This document shows, one piece after another, positions 15,148 through 24,046 of a DNA stretch of 32,000 nt. The translations under genes were made by a program, and so were the position numbers. Each line of letters opens with the position of its first letter. Positions within the stretch are counted from its first letter, which is position 1. This DNA is from Gemmata obscuriglobus (lineage in GTDB: Bacteria > Planctomycetota > Planctomycetia > Gemmatales > Gemmataceae), in the NCBI RefSeq assembly GCF_008065095.1, contig NZ_CP042911.1:2790001-2822000 (forward strand). The letters are read 5' to 3'. Under the pieces are notes generated by a model. That model did no database searches. It was not told the DNA's origin and was given only the letters and a program-made list of their open reading frames with translations.

Positions 15148-15389
15148 CCCGCGGCACTTCCCTCATGCGCTCCGGCTCGCAATACGCAGCGATGTTCCGA
15201 TGTGCGTTCTCGATGCCGCCGCCGGCGACGTTCTTCGTGTGCTGCGCGGCACGCATCCCACACGATCGACGCCGCTCAGCACGAAACATGAGCCCCAAGA
15301 TATGTCGGGTCCGGGCCGTCGACTCGCTGCGCGTCCGGCGAACGACTTCGGCGCGCATCGGTCCGTTGTGGCGGCCCGGACCGTTGTGA

Positions 15390-16709
15390 TTACAGCCCTT
15401 CGACCTCGAACCCCTTGCGGTACTCGCGCTTCACGAACGCGTTCGCCTTATCGTTGTTCGTGACCTTCAGGGCCTTCGTGTCCCACTTCAGGTCGGTCTT
15501 CGGGAACCGGGTCGCGAGGCACCCGAGCAGCACCATCTCCGTCAGCGGGCCGCTGTAGCTGAACGGCGCCGAGGTCTGCCCGTTGCCGCGCACCGCCTCC
15601 ACGTACTGGAGGTAGTGGTCGTCGGACTTCACGTCCGGCAGCTTGAAGTCCTTGAACTTCTCGCCGATCAGGATCGGCTGGCCGCCCGAATCGTACGGCG
15701 AGTACAGCACGCCCTCGGTGCCGATCAGGATCGAGCCCTGGCCGTCGAGCTTGTGCGCGCCGATCTTCTCGACGACCTCCTTCGGCGGGCGAACCTTACC
15801 GTTGTACCACGTCAGGGCGACCGTATCGGTGGTGAACTTCGAGCCCGGGAACACGTACTTCACCTGCACGTCGAGCGTCCAGTTGTATTCGTTCGGCCCC
15901 GGGAGTTCGGACGTGATCGACGACGGGTTCCCGACGCCCAGGGCGTTGAACACCGGGTCGAGGATGTGGCACCCCATGTCGCCGAACGTGCCGGTGCCGA
16001 AGTCGAGCCGCTTGCGCCAGTTGCCCGGGTGGTAGTACCCGCCGCCGATGAACGGCCGGTCGGCCGCCACGCCCAGCCACAGGTTCCAGTCGAGGCCCGC
16101 GGGCACCGGGTCCGTTTTGTCCGGCTTCGGCGCGGTGTCGCCCCACGACTTCCCGCTCCACGAGTGGACCTCCTTCACCTTCCCAATGACGCCGTCCTGC
16201 ACCAGCTTGACCACCAGCTTGTGCTTGCGGGCCGAGTGGATCTGGATGCCCATCTGGGTGACGATCTTCTTGGCCGCGGCGGCCTCGGTGAGCTTACGGG
16301 CCTCGTAGATGGTCTGGGTGAGCGGCTTCTGCCCGTACACGTTGAGCCCGCGGTTGACCGCCATCATCCCGATGGGGGCGTGCATGTGGTCCGGCGTGGA
16401 CACGTTCACCGAGTCGAGCTTCTTCTCGGCGTCGAGCAGCTTGCGGTAGTCCTTGTAGATCACGCAGTTGGGGAACCGCTTCTTGATGTTGCCGACGCGG
16501 GCGTCGTCCACCTCGCACACCGCGACCAGTTTCAGGTTCTTGCTGGCGGTCAGGGAGTTGATGTCGGCTCCGGCCATGCCGTCGGCGCCGAAGCTGGCGT
16601 GCAGCACGGTTTCGCTCGGGGCGGCGTGGGCGTGCGCCCTCCACACGAACGGCGCGGCGAAGGTCGCGGCGGCGGTTTTGAGCGCGGCGCGGCGGGTGAT
16701 CGGACTCAT
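15390..16709 (-). CDS. Gfo/Idh/MocA-family oxidoreductase with a twin-arginine signal
   Basis: ORF track 15390..16907, trimmed to ATG 16709 (MSPITRRAALKTAAATFAAPFVWRAHA, Tat motif). It has a Rossmann-type N-terminus with 'LKLVAVCEVDD' and 'VNVSTPDHMHA'. Confidence 0.85.
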   Translation of the reverse strand: MSPITRRAALKTAAATFAAPFVWRAHAHAAPSETVLHASFGADGMAGADINSLTASKNLKLVAVCEVDDARVGNIKKRFPNCVIYKDYRKLLDAEKKLDSVNVSTPDHMHAPIGMMAVNRGLNVYGQKPLTQTIYEARKLTEAAAAKKIVTQMGIQIHSARKHKLVVKLVQDGVIGKVKEVHSWSGKSWGDTAPKPDKTDPVPAGLDWNLWLGVAADRPFIGGGYYHPGNWRKRLDFGTGTFGDMGCHILDPVFNALGVGNPSSITSELPGPNEYNWTLDVQVKYVFPGSKFTTDTVALTWYNGKVRPPKEVVEKIGAHKLDGQGSILIGTEGVLYSPYDSGGQPILIGEKFKDFKLPDVKSDDHYLQYVEAVRGNGQTSAPFSYSGPLTEMVLLGCLATRFPKTDLKWDTKALKVTNNDKANAFVKREYRKGFEVEGL

Positions 16710-17003
16710 CCGAAATGGCTCCTGCGTGGCGGGGATGGCGAGGCGAGACCCAGAGGGTACGCCACCGCAAACGGGACCGCAAGGCGCTGGCGGGGCGGAT
16801 TTCCGGGGGCAAGAAAATCGTTCCGGCACAAAACGGCGATCTTGTTCAGAACGATTATTCCCCAGCGGCGGTGCGACGGATGGAACTGATCCCAAGTCCG
16901 ATCGCACCGCGTCTGTGGGGCGGAGGTGGCATTCGGCCGGCTCGCGGACGCGATCAGCGGCGCACGCGACGAGCAGATCGTCCGGGCCCGGTTCGGGCGC
17001 CCG

Positions 17004-17480
17004 TTACGGTACGAGGTCGCCCTGGAGGTCGAAGTCGAACACGTTGTTCTTGCCGGCTACGACATCGGCCTTGAGCCGAGACGTTTCCGGCGAGAAGTAC
17101 GCCTTCGGGATCAGCGGCTTGCCGGGCATCCGGAGCGTTTCGGCCGCCGCTTCGGCCTTGGCCAGGTGCTCCGGCAGCGGTGGCGACGGCCCGGTGAGCG
17201 AGATCGCGACGCGGCACGGGCCGACCGGGGCGCCGTCCCCGGTGCCGTATGTGGACAGTGAGTAGGCGCCGTTCTCGTCGGTCGTCGCCAGCGCGGGAAC
17301 CGTGCCCGGTGTTTCCGGGATGAAAGACACCGACGCCTTGGCGACCGGCTTCCCGCGGTACGTGACGGTGCCGCGCACCTTCGCCACCGGCACGCCCTTG
17401 GGTCCGCCGCAGCCGCTCGACCCGGCCGCGAGAAGTGCGAGCCCCAACAGCGCGCCGGCGCGCAGTCTGCCCAATTTCAT
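17004..17480 (-). CDS. Small lipoprotein with a CarboxypepD_reg-like beta-sandwich (usual partner of DUF1559 genes)
   Basis: ORF track. The signal plus Cys reads MKLGRLRAGALLGLALLAAGSSGCGG, followed by 'VRGTVTYRGKPVAKASVSFIPE...DENGAYSLSTY'. It lies 21 nt downstream of the DUF1559 gene. Confidence 0.75.
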   Translation of the reverse strand: MKLGRLRAGALLGLALLAAGSSGCGGPKGVPVAKVRGTVTYRGKPVAKASVSFIPETPGTVPALATTDENGAYSLSTYGTGDGAPVGPCRVAISLTGPSPPLPEHLAKAEAAAETLRMPGKPLIPKAYFSPETSRLKADVVAGKNNVFDFDLQGDLVP

Positions 17481-17501
17481 TGCGGGTTACCTTCGTGTGG
17501 G

Positions 17502-18554
17502 TCAGTAGTTCCCGACGACCTCGCCGCCGGCGCGGCTGCCGAGCGCGTTGTAAGTGAACTGGTTGATGCTGTCCGGGACGAACCGCACGGACCCGTCCGA
17601 GAGGGCAACCGTGATCCCGCCCGTGTGCCGGCTGGCGAACCCGCGCCCCATCCAACTCGACGTGACCCCGCCGCACGCGTCCACCGACATCCCGGCCGTG
17701 GACTGGCACACCCGGAGCTTCCAGTTGGGCGGCAAACTGGTGCCGTGAGCCGAACCGGTGCTGCTCATCCAGATGGAACTGTTCGACGACGTGGACCAGT
17801 CCGTGTGCCCGAAGGCGATGGTGTTGCTCAACCCGTCGGTGATGGACGAGAAGTTGACCGGCGCGCTGGTGCCGGTGTAGTCGAACAGCCCGCGGTGGTT
17901 GGGGCCGCCGCCGTAGCCCTGGCCCGGCTGCGGGCACGCGGTTGTTGCGGTGACGGTGTTGTTGCTCGCGCAGCCCCCGCACCCGTACGCGACCCTGGCC
18001 CCGTCACCGCCGAACGGGTCGGTCGCGGCCGATGCGATGTTGTTGAACCCGTCGCCGTAGCTGCCCACGTAGTTGCTGTGCCACCCGCGGAAGGTGGTGC
18101 CCGTGGTCCCGTCGCTGGTCCCCGGCGTGCCCAACTGCGGGCACCCGGCGACCGGCAGCGTGCGGTTGTCGCTCACCGCCCCGGACCGCGGGTCGCTGGG
18201 GCACAAGAGGACGGGGATCTTGGCCTGGCGGATCGCCGCCATGGCCTCGCACGAGACGTTCACGTCGAACCGGATCTGTTTGTACAGGTTGTCTTGTTCG
18301 ATGTACGGCAGCAGCCGCGGCAGGTGGCCCCACCCGAACACGAACCCGTCGACCCGGGGCAACACGTTGTTGGCGTCGTGGTAGCCGTGGAGCGCCAGCC
18401 CCAGTTGCTTGAGGTTGTTCGAGCACTTCATCCGTGCGGCGGCCTCGCGCACCTTTTGGACGGCCGGCAGCAGCAGCCCGATCAGGATCGCGATGATCGC
18501 GATCACCACCAGCAACTCGATCAGCGTGAACCCGTGCCCGCGGCGCGTCGTCAT
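17502..18554 (-). CDS. DUF1559 protein with a prepilin-type N-terminal cleavage/methylation domain (H-X9-DG family)
   Basis: ORF track. '[53 protein letters not shown]' is the canonical pseudopilin-like N-terminus of planctomycete DUF1559 proteins. The C-terminal H-X9-DG motif is '[16 protein letters not shown]'. Confidence 0.92.
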   Translation of the reverse strand: MTTRRGHGFTLIELLVVIAIIAILIGLLLPAVQKVREAAARMKCSNNLKQLGLALHGYHDANNVLPRVDGFVFGWGHLPRLLPYIEQDNLYKQIRFDVNVSCEAMAAIRQAKIPVLLCPSDPRSGAVSDNRTLPVAGCPQLGTPGTSDGTTGTTFRGWHSNYVGSYGDGFNNIASAATDPFGGDGARVAYGCGGCASNNTVTATTACPQPGQGYGGGPNHRGLFDYTGTSAPVNFSSITDGLSNTIAFGHTDWSTSSNSSIWMSSTGSAHGTSLPPNWKLRVCQSTAGMSVDACGGVTSSWMGRGFASRHTGGITVALSDGSVRFVPDSINQFTYNALGSRAGGEVVGNY

Positions 18555-18951
18555 AAGACCTCGCTTGCGAAGGTGATCGATGCCGGAGAAAGAGTAACGT
18601 GGGACGCCTGATTAAGAAGATGTTGTGAAGTATTCTGCGCTCGAGCGATTGTGTCCGCAAGAGCACTCTGCGCGGCGCGGCGGATTTCAGGGATTTATCA
18701 CACTCTTGAGATTCTACCTGAGCGATTGGGAGGAGAAGCCATTCGTTCACCGTGCCCGAGTACGGCCGCCACGTTTGGGCGGGGTACGAAACCTCGGCCC
18801 CGAAAAGCGCGCCCGTGTCCCGAGCCCCGAGTGGTCGCCTCATGCTGCGCTTGCTCCGACCGGTCGCTCGTCTTTGCTGGGACGTACCGACGGGCGCACG
18901 CCGCCCGCAAACGCCACGGCGCCTGACCGTTCTCTTCGACCCGATCCACTA

Positions 18952-19107
18952 TCAGTAGACGATCCGGCTACTGGTGCCTGCTTTGGTTTTGTTTCTTGTG
19001 GCACAGACATTCCTGTCTGTGCGGCGCGAGAAGGCCGCACAGACAGGAATGTCTGTGCCACAAGAAACAGACACCACCACCCGAGCCGTTCTCAGTAGAC
19101 GATCCGG
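18952..19107. repeat. Repeat-family copy A: a 124-bp element containing a 36-bp-stem palindrome, flanked by a 16-bp direct repeat
   Basis: The direct repeat TCAGTAGACGATCCGG is at 18952-18967 and 19092-19107. The left module is acgatccggctactggtgcctgctttggtttt (18959-18990). In the palindrome, 18990-19025 pairs perfectly with 19034-19069, with the loop gcgagaag. Each arm holds its own hairpin, cacagaca-ttcc-tgtctgtg. Confidence 0.9.
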
Positions 19108-19361
19108 AACCCGTGGAGCGGTTCGCCCGGCTCGCGGTCGGTGGCCTCTTCGGAGGTGATGTTGTCGGCCATGCTGGCGCGGATCTCGGCCAGGAGCGCT
19201 TCGACCGCGTGCGCGGGGCCGTCGGCGAGCAACTCGACGCGCCCGTCGCTCAGGTTCCGCACCCACCCGCGGACCGCCGGGTGCGAGCGGGCGAGCCGCG
19301 CGGCGGTGGCCCGGAACCCCACCCCCTGAACGTCGCCCGAGTAGTACACGATCCGCGCCAT
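19092..19361 (-). CDS. acyP: Acylphosphatase
   Basis: ORF track, 89 aa. 'VYYSGDVQGVGFRATAARLA....GWVRNLSDGRVELLADG' is the acylphosphatase signature (V.G.VQGVGFR, GWV.N...G.V). Confidence 0.9.
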   Translation of the reverse strand: MARIVYYSGDVQGVGFRATAARLARSHPAVRGWVRNLSDGRVELLADGPAHAVEALLAEIRASMADNITSEEATDREPGEPLHGFRIVY

Positions 19362-19509
19362 GACCGGTCCTCATTTGTCGCGAAGGCGAGTGCGTGCAGT
19401 ATCGGGTCGAAGGGCGGGTGGTTCAACGACTGATTTAGCGGGGATGAGCGCTCCTTTGCTACAATGCCCTTCCCGCCTGACCGCCCTTCCGCTCCCCCCG
19501 AGGTCCGCT

Positions 19510-22464
19510 ATGCCGCGTTCGCTTCGCGGGTACCTGTTCGCTTTCCTGCTCGCCCCGGGCGCGACTCCGGTTCGCGCCGCGGACGCCCCGGACTTCAACC
19601 GCGACGTGCGCCCCATTCTGGCGGCCCGGTGCTTCAAGTGCCACGGCCCCGACGACGCCTCCCGCAAGGCCCGGCTGCGGCTGGACACGGCGGACGGCGC
19701 GAAGGAGGCCGTTGGAACTCCGCAGGACAGCGAGTTCCTGCGCCGCATCGAGACGACCGACGCCGATGCGGTCATGCCCCCGCCGTCGGCGAAGATCCCG
19801 CTCACCCCGAAGGAGCGGAACACCCTTAAGGCGTGGATCACGTCCGGCACCACGTACGCGCCGCACTGGGCGTTCGTGAACCCCACCCGGCCCGCGGTGC
19901 CGAAGCTCAAGGACCAGCCCGCGAACCCCATCGACGCGTTCGTTCGTGCGCGACTTCAGCGTGAGGGGCTGGCCCCGGCGTCGGAGGCCGACCGCCACGC
20001 GCTGATTCGGCGGGTGTACCTGGACCTGATCGGCGTCCCGCCCTCGCCGGAAGAGGCCGATACGTTCGTGGCGGACAAGAGCCCCGACGCCTACGAGAAG
20101 GTGGTGGACCGGCTGCTCGCGTCCCCGTTGTACGGCGAGCGGTGGGCGCGGAAGTGGCTCGACCTGGCCCGGTACGCCGACACGAACGGCTACGAGAAGG
20201 ACCGCCGCCGCTCCATCTGGCCGTACCGCGACTGGCTCATCCGGGCGCTCAACGCCGACCTGCCGTTCGATCAGTTTACGGTGTACCAACTCGCCGGGGA
20301 CATGCTGCCGAACGCGACCCCGGAGCAGATGATCGCCACCGGGTTCCACCGGAACACGATGCTGAACGAGGAGGGGGGCATCGACCCGCTGGAGTTCCGC
20401 TACCACGCGATCGCGGACCGCACCGCCGTCACCGGAGCCGTCTGGTTGGGGCTAACGATCGGGTGCGCCCAGTGCCACACGCACAAGTTCGACCCCGTCA
20501 CGCACACCGAATACTTCCGCTTCTTCGCGCTGCTGAACAACACGGACGAGCCGGACTTTACGGTGCCGTCGGCCGAATCGGCGAAGCGCCGGCGCGAACT
20601 CGAAGCCGCAATCCAGCGGCTCGAAGCCGCGCTGCCCGATAAGTTGCCCGTGGAGAAGCGGGACGCGGCGTTCGCGGCGTGGCTCGGCGCCGAGCGTAAG
20701 CGGGCCGTGAAGTGGACCATCGTGACGCCCACCAAGATGGACGCCGGTCCCACGAAGCTGACCCCGCAGCCCGACGGCTCCGTCTTCGCGAGCGGGGACG
20801 CGCAGAAACGCGACCTCTACACGCTGGCCCTCGAAGGATTACCCGCGGGGGTGACGGCGGTTCGCATTGAGGCGCTTCCGGACGAGCGATTGCCGGCTGG
20901 CGGGCCGGGGCGCGCGTACTACGAAGGCCCGAAGGGCGATTTCCTCCTCAGCGAGTTCACGCTGTCGGTTGAGGGGAAGCCGGTCCGCGTCGGGGCCGCG
21001 TCGGAGTCGCACGCGCGCGGCAACCTGACCGCGAAAGCGGCGCTCGACGGTCACCCGTTCACCGGGTGGGGCGGGAGCGGTGTGGCCGGCGGCGGATCGG
21101 TGGCAGTCTTCAATTTGGCGGAACCGCTCGCCGCGAAGGCCGCAAAACTGGAACTCCTGTTCGAGCGGCACTACGCCGCCAGCCTCGGGCGCTTCCGCGT
21201 GTCGGTGACCACCGCCGGCGGCGCGAAGGCACGCGACCTATCCGCGGAAGTAGAGGCGCTCCTCGCGTTACCCGCGGCCGAACTGACCGGCGCCGGTCGG
21301 GCCGCGCTGCTGCGGCACTGGTCGACCGTTGCCCCGGAACTCAAGGCGGCGCGGGACGAGATCGCGGCGCTGCGCAAGCAGCTCCCGCAGGACCCAACCA
21401 CGCTCGTGATGCGGGAGCGGCCGGCGGACCACCCGCGCCGGACGTTCCGGCACCACCGCGGCGAGTTCCTCGCGCCGAAAGAAGAGGTCAAGCCCGGGGT
21501 GCCTGCAGTACTGCCGCCGCTCCCGAAGGGGGCCGCACCCGACCGGCTCACGCTGGCGCGGTGGCTCATGAGCCCGCAGAACCCGCTCACCGCGCGGGTG
21601 ACCGTGAACCGGCACTGGCACGCGCTGTTCGGCCGCGGGCTGGTGCGAACGCTCGACGACTTCGGCTACCAGGGCGAAGCGCCGACCCACCCCGAACTGC
21701 TCGACTGGCTCGCGGTCGAGTTCCGTTCGGGCGAGAAGCCGTGGAGCGTCAAACACCTGCACCGGCTGATCGTAACGTCCGCGACGTACAAGCAGTCCTC
21801 GAAGGTGGCACCGGACCTGCTCGCCCGCGACGCGGAGAACCGGCTCCTGGCGCGCGGGCCGCGGGTGCGGCTCGAGGCCGAGCAGGTCCGCGATTCGGCG
21901 CTGAAGGCGGCGGGGCTGCTGTCCGCCAAGATGTACGGGCCGAGCGTGTTCCCGCCGCAACCGCCGGGCATCACCACCGAGGGCACCTACGGCGGGCTGA
22001 ACTGGCAGGTGAGCCCGGGCGAGGACCGCTACCGCCGCGGGCTGTACACGTTCGCCAAGCGGACCGCGCCCTACGCCATGTTCGGCACCTTCGACGCCCC
22101 CAGCGGCGAGGCGTGTACCGCGCGGCGCGAGGTGTCGAACACGGCGCTGCAGGCCCTCACCATGCTCAACGACGCCGTGCTGATCGAAGCGTCCCAGGCC
22201 CTCGCGAAGCGGGTCGCCGCCCGCGAGGGCACGACGGCCGACCGCGTCGCGCACCTGTTCCGGCTGTGCCTGGTGCGCGAGCCGACCGTTGACGAGGTGG
22301 CTTCGGTCGGCAAGTTCTACGAGGCCCAGCGCGAGCGGTTCGCGGCTGACGCCACGCGGGCCGCCGCCGTGGCCGGGGCGGGGGAGCGCGCCGCGGAGCG
22401 GGCGGCGTGGACCGCGGCGGCCCGCGCCGTTCTGAACCTCGACGAGTTCATCACGCGAGAGTGA
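19510..22464 (+). CDS. PSCyt1 / PSCyt2 (DUF1549) / PSD1 (DUF1553) domain protein
   Basis: ORF track 19360..22464, trimmed to ATG 19510 (MPRSLRGYLFAFLLAPGATPVRA signal). The heme-type motif is CFKCHGPDD. DUF1549 reads 'NPIDAFVRARL...IRRVYLDLIGVPPSPEE...RLLASPLYGERWARKWLD'. DUF1553 reads 'RVTVNRHWHALFGRGLVRTLDDFGYQGEAPTHPELLDWLA'. Confidence 0.92.
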   Translation: MPRSLRGYLFAFLLAPGATPVRAADAPDFNRDVRPILAARCFKCHGPDDASRKARLRLDTADGAKEAVGTPQDSEFLRRIETTDADAVMPPPSAKIPLTPKERNTLKAWITSGTTYAPHWAFVNPTRPAVPKLKDQPANPIDAFVRARLQREGLAPASEADRHALIRRVYLDLIGVPPSPEEADTFVADKSPDAYEKVVDRLLASPLYGERWARKWLDLARYADTNGYEKDRRRSIWPYRDWLIRALNADLPFDQFTVYQLAGDMLPNATPEQMIATGFHRNTMLNEEGGIDPLEFRYHAIADRTAVTGAVWLGLTIGCAQCHTHKFDPVTHTEYFRFFALLNNTDEPDFTVPSAESAKRRRELEAAIQRLEAALPDKLPVEKRDAAFAAWLGAERKRAVKWTIVTPTKMDAGPTKLTPQPDGSVFASGDAQKRDLYTLALEGLPAGVTAVRIEALPDERLPAGGPGRAYYEGPKGDFLLSEFTLSVEGKPVRVGAASESHARGNLTAKAALDGHPFTGWGGSGVAGGGSVAVFNLAEPLAAKAAKLELLFERHYAASLGRFRVSVTTAGGAKARDLSAEVEALLALPAAELTGAGRAALLRHWSTVAPELKAARDEIAALRKQLPQDPTTLVMRERPADHPRRTFRHHRGEFLAPKEEVKPGVPAVLPPLPKGAAPDRLTLARWLMSPQNPLTARVTVNRHWHALFGRGLVRTLDDFGYQGEAPTHPELLDWLAVEFRSGEKPWSVKHLHRLIVTSATYKQSSKVAPDLLARDAENRLLARGPRVRLEAEQVRDSALKAAGLLSAKMYGPSVFPPQPPGITTEGTYGGLNWQVSPGEDRYRRGLYTFAKRTAPYAMFGTFDAPSGEACTARREVSNTALQALTMLNDAVLIEASQALAKRVAAREGTTADRVAHLFRLCLVREPTVDEVASVGKFYEAQRERFAADATRAAAVAGAGERAAERAAWTAAARAVLNLDEFITRE

Positions 22465-22468
22465 TTGG

Positions 22469-22587
22469 GGCATTTCGGAATGCGGAATCCGGAATAAAAA
22501 CAGAGGCCAAAGAAAGAACAAGCGGAGGCTATGCTATGAGTCTGTTGCGTCCGTTCCGCATTCCGGATTCCGCACTCCGAAATGCCC
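22469..22587. repeat. 28-bp inverted repeat (one mismatch) bracketing the RBS and start codon of the DUF1501 gene
   Basis: The left arm (22469-22496) is gggcatttcggaatgcggaatccggaat, which contains CGGAATN x3. The right arm (22560-22587) is attccggattccgcactccgaaatgccc. The 63-nt spacer holds GGAGG and ATG 22536. The left arm starts 5 nt after the DUF1553 stop, and the right arm lies inside codons 9-17. Confidence 0.9.
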
Positions 22588-23996
22588 ACACCTCCCGCCG
22601 GCACTTCTTCCGCGATTGCGGTTACGGGGTGGGGAAGGTGGCGCTGGCGTCGCTGCTGTGCGGCCGCGCGGGGGCGGCCGAGCGGCCCGCGGCGAACGAC
22701 CCGCTCGCGCCCAAGAAGCCGCACTTCGCGGGCAAGGCGAAGGCGGTGATCCACCTGTTCATGGCCGGCGCGCCGAGCCAGCTCGACCTGTTCGACCACA
22801 AGCCGGAACTGGCGAAGCTCGAAGGCAAGCCCCTGCCGGCGGAGGTCATCAAGGGGCAGCGGTACGCGTTCATCCGGCCCGACGCCGCGGTGCTGGGGCC
22901 GCGGTTCAAGTTCGCCAAGCACGGGACGTGCGGCGCGGAGGTGTCGGAGGTGCTGCCGCACTTCGCGAAGGTGGTGGACGACGTGTGCCTCCTGAAGGCG
23001 GTTCACACCGACCAGTTCAACCACGCCCCGGCGCAGATCTTTTTCAACACCGGGTTCAGCCAGCCGGGCCGGCCGTCGATCGGCTCGTGGGCGCTGTACG
23101 CGCTCGGGTGCGAGACGAAGGAGCTGCCCGCGTTCGTGGTGCTCTCGACCGGCGCCGGGATCAGCGGCGGGGCCGCCAACTGGGGCAGCGGGTTCCTCCC
23201 GAGCCTGTACGCCGGCACCCGGTTCCGCAACGGGGCCGAGCCGATCCTCAACGTGAACCCGCCGGCCGGCTTCGATTCGGCCCTTCAGAAGGACACACTC
23301 GATCTGGTCGCCGATCTGAACCGGAAGCGGCTCGGTGCGGTCGGCGACCCGGAGATCGCGACGCGGATGGCGGCCTACGAGACCGCCGGGCGCTTGCAGA
23401 CCGCCGCGCCTGAACTGACCGACCTCAAGAAGGAAGACAAGGAGACGCTCGCGCTGTACGGCGTCGATCCGGACAAACCGAGCTTCGCCCGCGCGTGCCT
23501 GCTCGCGCGGCGGATGGTCGAGCGCGGCGTGCGGTACGTCAACATCTACCACGAGGGCTGGGACGCGCACTCGGACGTGGCCGGCAACTCGCGCAACAAC
23601 TGCAAAACCACCGACCAGGCGTCCGCGGCGCTGGTCGCCGACCTGAAGCGGCGCGGGATGCTGGACAGCACGCTGGTGGTGTGGGGCGGCGAGTTCGGCC
23701 GCACCCCGATGGTGGAATCGAACCCAGTGCTGGGCCGCAGCCAGGGCCGCGACCACCACCCGCAGGCGTTCACGATCTGGATGGCCGGCGGCGGTATCAA
23801 GCCCGGCGTCACGCTCGGGCGGACCGACGACCTCGGGTTCCACCCGGTCGAGGGTGGCGTTCACGTTCACGACGTGCAGGCCACGATCCTGCACGCGCTC
23901 GGGTTCGACCACGAGCGCCTGACGTACCGGCACGCGGGCCGCGACTTCCGGCTCACCGACGTGTTCGGCAAGGTCATCAAGGAGGCGCTCGCGTGA
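22536..23996 (+). CDS. DUF1501 protein (sulfatase/alkaline-phosphatase-like fold, Tat-type signal)
   Basis: ORF track 22407..23996, trimmed to ATG 22536, preceded by GGAGG (MSLLRPFRIPDSALRNAHTSRRHFFRDCG...). 'VIHLFMAGAPSQLDLFDHKPEL', 'WDAHS' and 'GRDHHPQAFTIWMAGGGIKPG' are typical DUF1501 blocks. It is the usual partner of DUF1553 genes. Confidence 0.92.
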   Translation: MSLLRPFRIPDSALRNAHTSRRHFFRDCGYGVGKVALASLLCGRAGAAERPAANDPLAPKKPHFAGKAKAVIHLFMAGAPSQLDLFDHKPELAKLEGKPLPAEVIKGQRYAFIRPDAAVLGPRFKFAKHGTCGAEVSEVLPHFAKVVDDVCLLKAVHTDQFNHAPAQIFFNTGFSQPGRPSIGSWALYALGCETKELPAFVVLSTGAGISGGAANWGSGFLPSLYAGTRFRNGAEPILNVNPPAGFDSALQKDTLDLVADLNRKRLGAVGDPEIATRMAAYETAGRLQTAAPELTDLKKEDKETLALYGVDPDKPSFARACLLARRMVERGVRYVNIYHEGWDAHSDVAGNSRNNCKTTDQASAALVADLKRRGMLDSTLVVWGGEFGRTPMVESNPVLGRSQGRDHHPQAFTIWMAGGGIKPGVTLGRTDDLGFHPVEGGVHVHDVQATILHALGFDHERLTYRHAGRDFRLTDVFGKVIKEALA

Positions 23997-24046
23997 CGCG
24001 TTCGTAGAATCAGCCGCGGCGTTAATCTCTCCGAAGGAACCGAGCC

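Noticed and set aside
15615-16889. 424-aa plus-strand ORF
   Set aside because: It is antisense to the Gfo/Idh/MocA oxidoreductase gene. Its composition is Arg/Val/Asp/Gly low-complexity.
16954-18843. ORFs 16954..17982 (-), 17625..18611 (+) and 18004..18843 (-)
   Set aside because: They overlap the DUF1559 and lipoprotein genes in other frames or on the other strand. Their composition is that of high-GC artefacts.
19360-19509. 50-codon N-terminal extension of the PSCyt/DUF1553 ORF
   Set aside because: The signal peptide and the conserved cytochrome-like block start right after ATG 19510. The extension is Arg/Ser/Pro-rich and would overlap the acyP start codon region.
21066-23933. ORFs 21066..22292 (+), 21268..22521 (-) and 22317..23933 (-, 538 aa)
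   Set aside because: They are out of frame or antisense to the DUF1553 and DUF1501 genes, whose frames carry clear family blocks.
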